Origin: Selaginella moellendorffii
Lineage: Eukaryota; Plantae; Lycopodiophyta
Direction: 5' to 3'
Length of the DNA stretch: 64,000 nucleotides
Assembly (NCBI RefSeq): GCF_000143415.4
Contig: NW_003314303.1
Span: 1,518,676-1,582,675, forward strand
Shown: one piece after another, positions 62,801 to 64,000 of the stretch
How the letters are laid out: every line of letters starts with the position of its first letter
Numbering within the stretch: position 1 is the stretch's first letter
The notes under the pieces: generated by a model
Database searches by the model: none
What the model was told of the DNA's origin: nothing
The model's input: the letters and a program-made list of their open reading frames with translations, nothing else
Made by a program: the position numbers and the translations under genes

Positions 62801-64000
62801 GGAAGAAGGTACTCTGGTTTTTCTGAATAAATCTGTGTAAAGACAATGTCAGTCAATAAGCGGGTGAACTGGACAAAATACATTACTAATGGGTATATTA
62901 TATTTCTAGAATTTATCAAATTTACCAAATTGAACACAAAATTTTGAAAATTCATTATTATCTAATTTCAATCAAATAAAAATAGATATAAATATTCACT
63001 CAATAACAACCTTATAAAATACAGAAGGAAACTATGAAGTAATTTACAACAAATTTTCAAATTTAGATTTATTCTCATATTTTTTCAAAGTCAATTTCAA
63101 ATGAGGAGATAGAAAAAAAACTATTTCATTTAAGTATTTTATAGAGTCACAAGTCATGATAATAAATCTTGGAGGGAACATCTATACTTTAAAAAAACTG
63201 ATTTCAAACTAATATTTATTAAAAAGAGTGTTAAATAGTTTTTTTAAAATAATCCCTAATTTATTTGTGTAAATATAATTACTATTTGGAAAGTTCTTCT
63301 CAATCACTATTCAAAACAAAATCACATATTTTAAGCTATACCACTTATTATTTAAAATTTACTTTTTATAAAAGTTTTTAACATATAGAAATGAATAAAG
63401 AGGAAATGTAGCTAAAAACATTTGTATGGATTACTTATTTCCTGGCAGTTTATCATAAATAACTATTTTTATATCTTATAAAATACAATTTATAAAACTA
63501 ATTGTCACATATGATCAATTCAAAAATTGTTGAATAAAAATTCAACTATATTATATATCACAAGTATTAACAGTAGTGTCACATACAATTGTTTTGTAGC
63601 ATATCATATAAATATTTTTTTTTTTGGAAACTTAAATTACTATTATTTATTTTTCTACTAAATATCTATCTTTAACTAGTGCAACTTGTTGGTTTGCTTA
63701 AGCAAACCTGTTGGTAGTGAATATACCTAAAATATGCTTAATTATTTTAGGATATTCTACCATCTAACGGTTGTTATTCATTTAGATTAACCTTGTATTT
63801 ATAATTTATAAACTTTCTTAAACCTGTTCTAGTATATTCTTTTTTATTCTACAATTTAATTGCCAGAAGATTAATCTTGTGTTTATAAATTACAAACATG
63901 TTTATAATTGTAAACTTTATTTGATCAATTAGATTAATTAATAAGAATAATACTACTATTAAGCAAACCAAACATTTGCTACATGCAACCTGTAGCAAAT

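Noticed and set aside
62850-64000. AT-rich terminal region as a MITE or Helitron
   Set aside because: No TIR, TSD or terminal hairpin could be confidently located within the window.

Overview
Plant nuclear DNA. Short introns, dense gene packing and GC-rich exons suggest the lycophyte Selaginella moellendorffii (inferred, not database-checked). Positions 0.1-6.4 kb and 13.2-41.9 kb are nested transposon clusters: three degenerate Ty3/gypsy elements (one a probable self-priming chromovirus), two 5S-carrying Cassandra-type TRIMs, solo LTRs, and a 12.4-kb TIR DNA transposon (28972-41360; 24-bp TIRs, 4-bp TSD). That transposon is the main discovery candidate. It carries a Sola-like transposase and a divergently transcribed multi-exon cargo gene (ParB/DndB-like domain, degenerate amino-methyltransferase-like fold, acidic region, FCP1/NIF HAD phosphatase). 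About 20 copies of a 22-bp palindrome (ATGGCATGAGGCCTCATGCCAT) lie throughout it and were not seen elsewhere in the window. Host genes: OSCA4/CSC1, EIN3/EIL, CYP88/KAO, NEMP, an RST-domain gene, a GDSL pseudogene, a head-to-head pair of unknown Cys-rich secreted proteins, phospholipase D, a double B-box protein, a TPR-SET protein and a cyclophilin. All domain calls come from motif recognition by eye.
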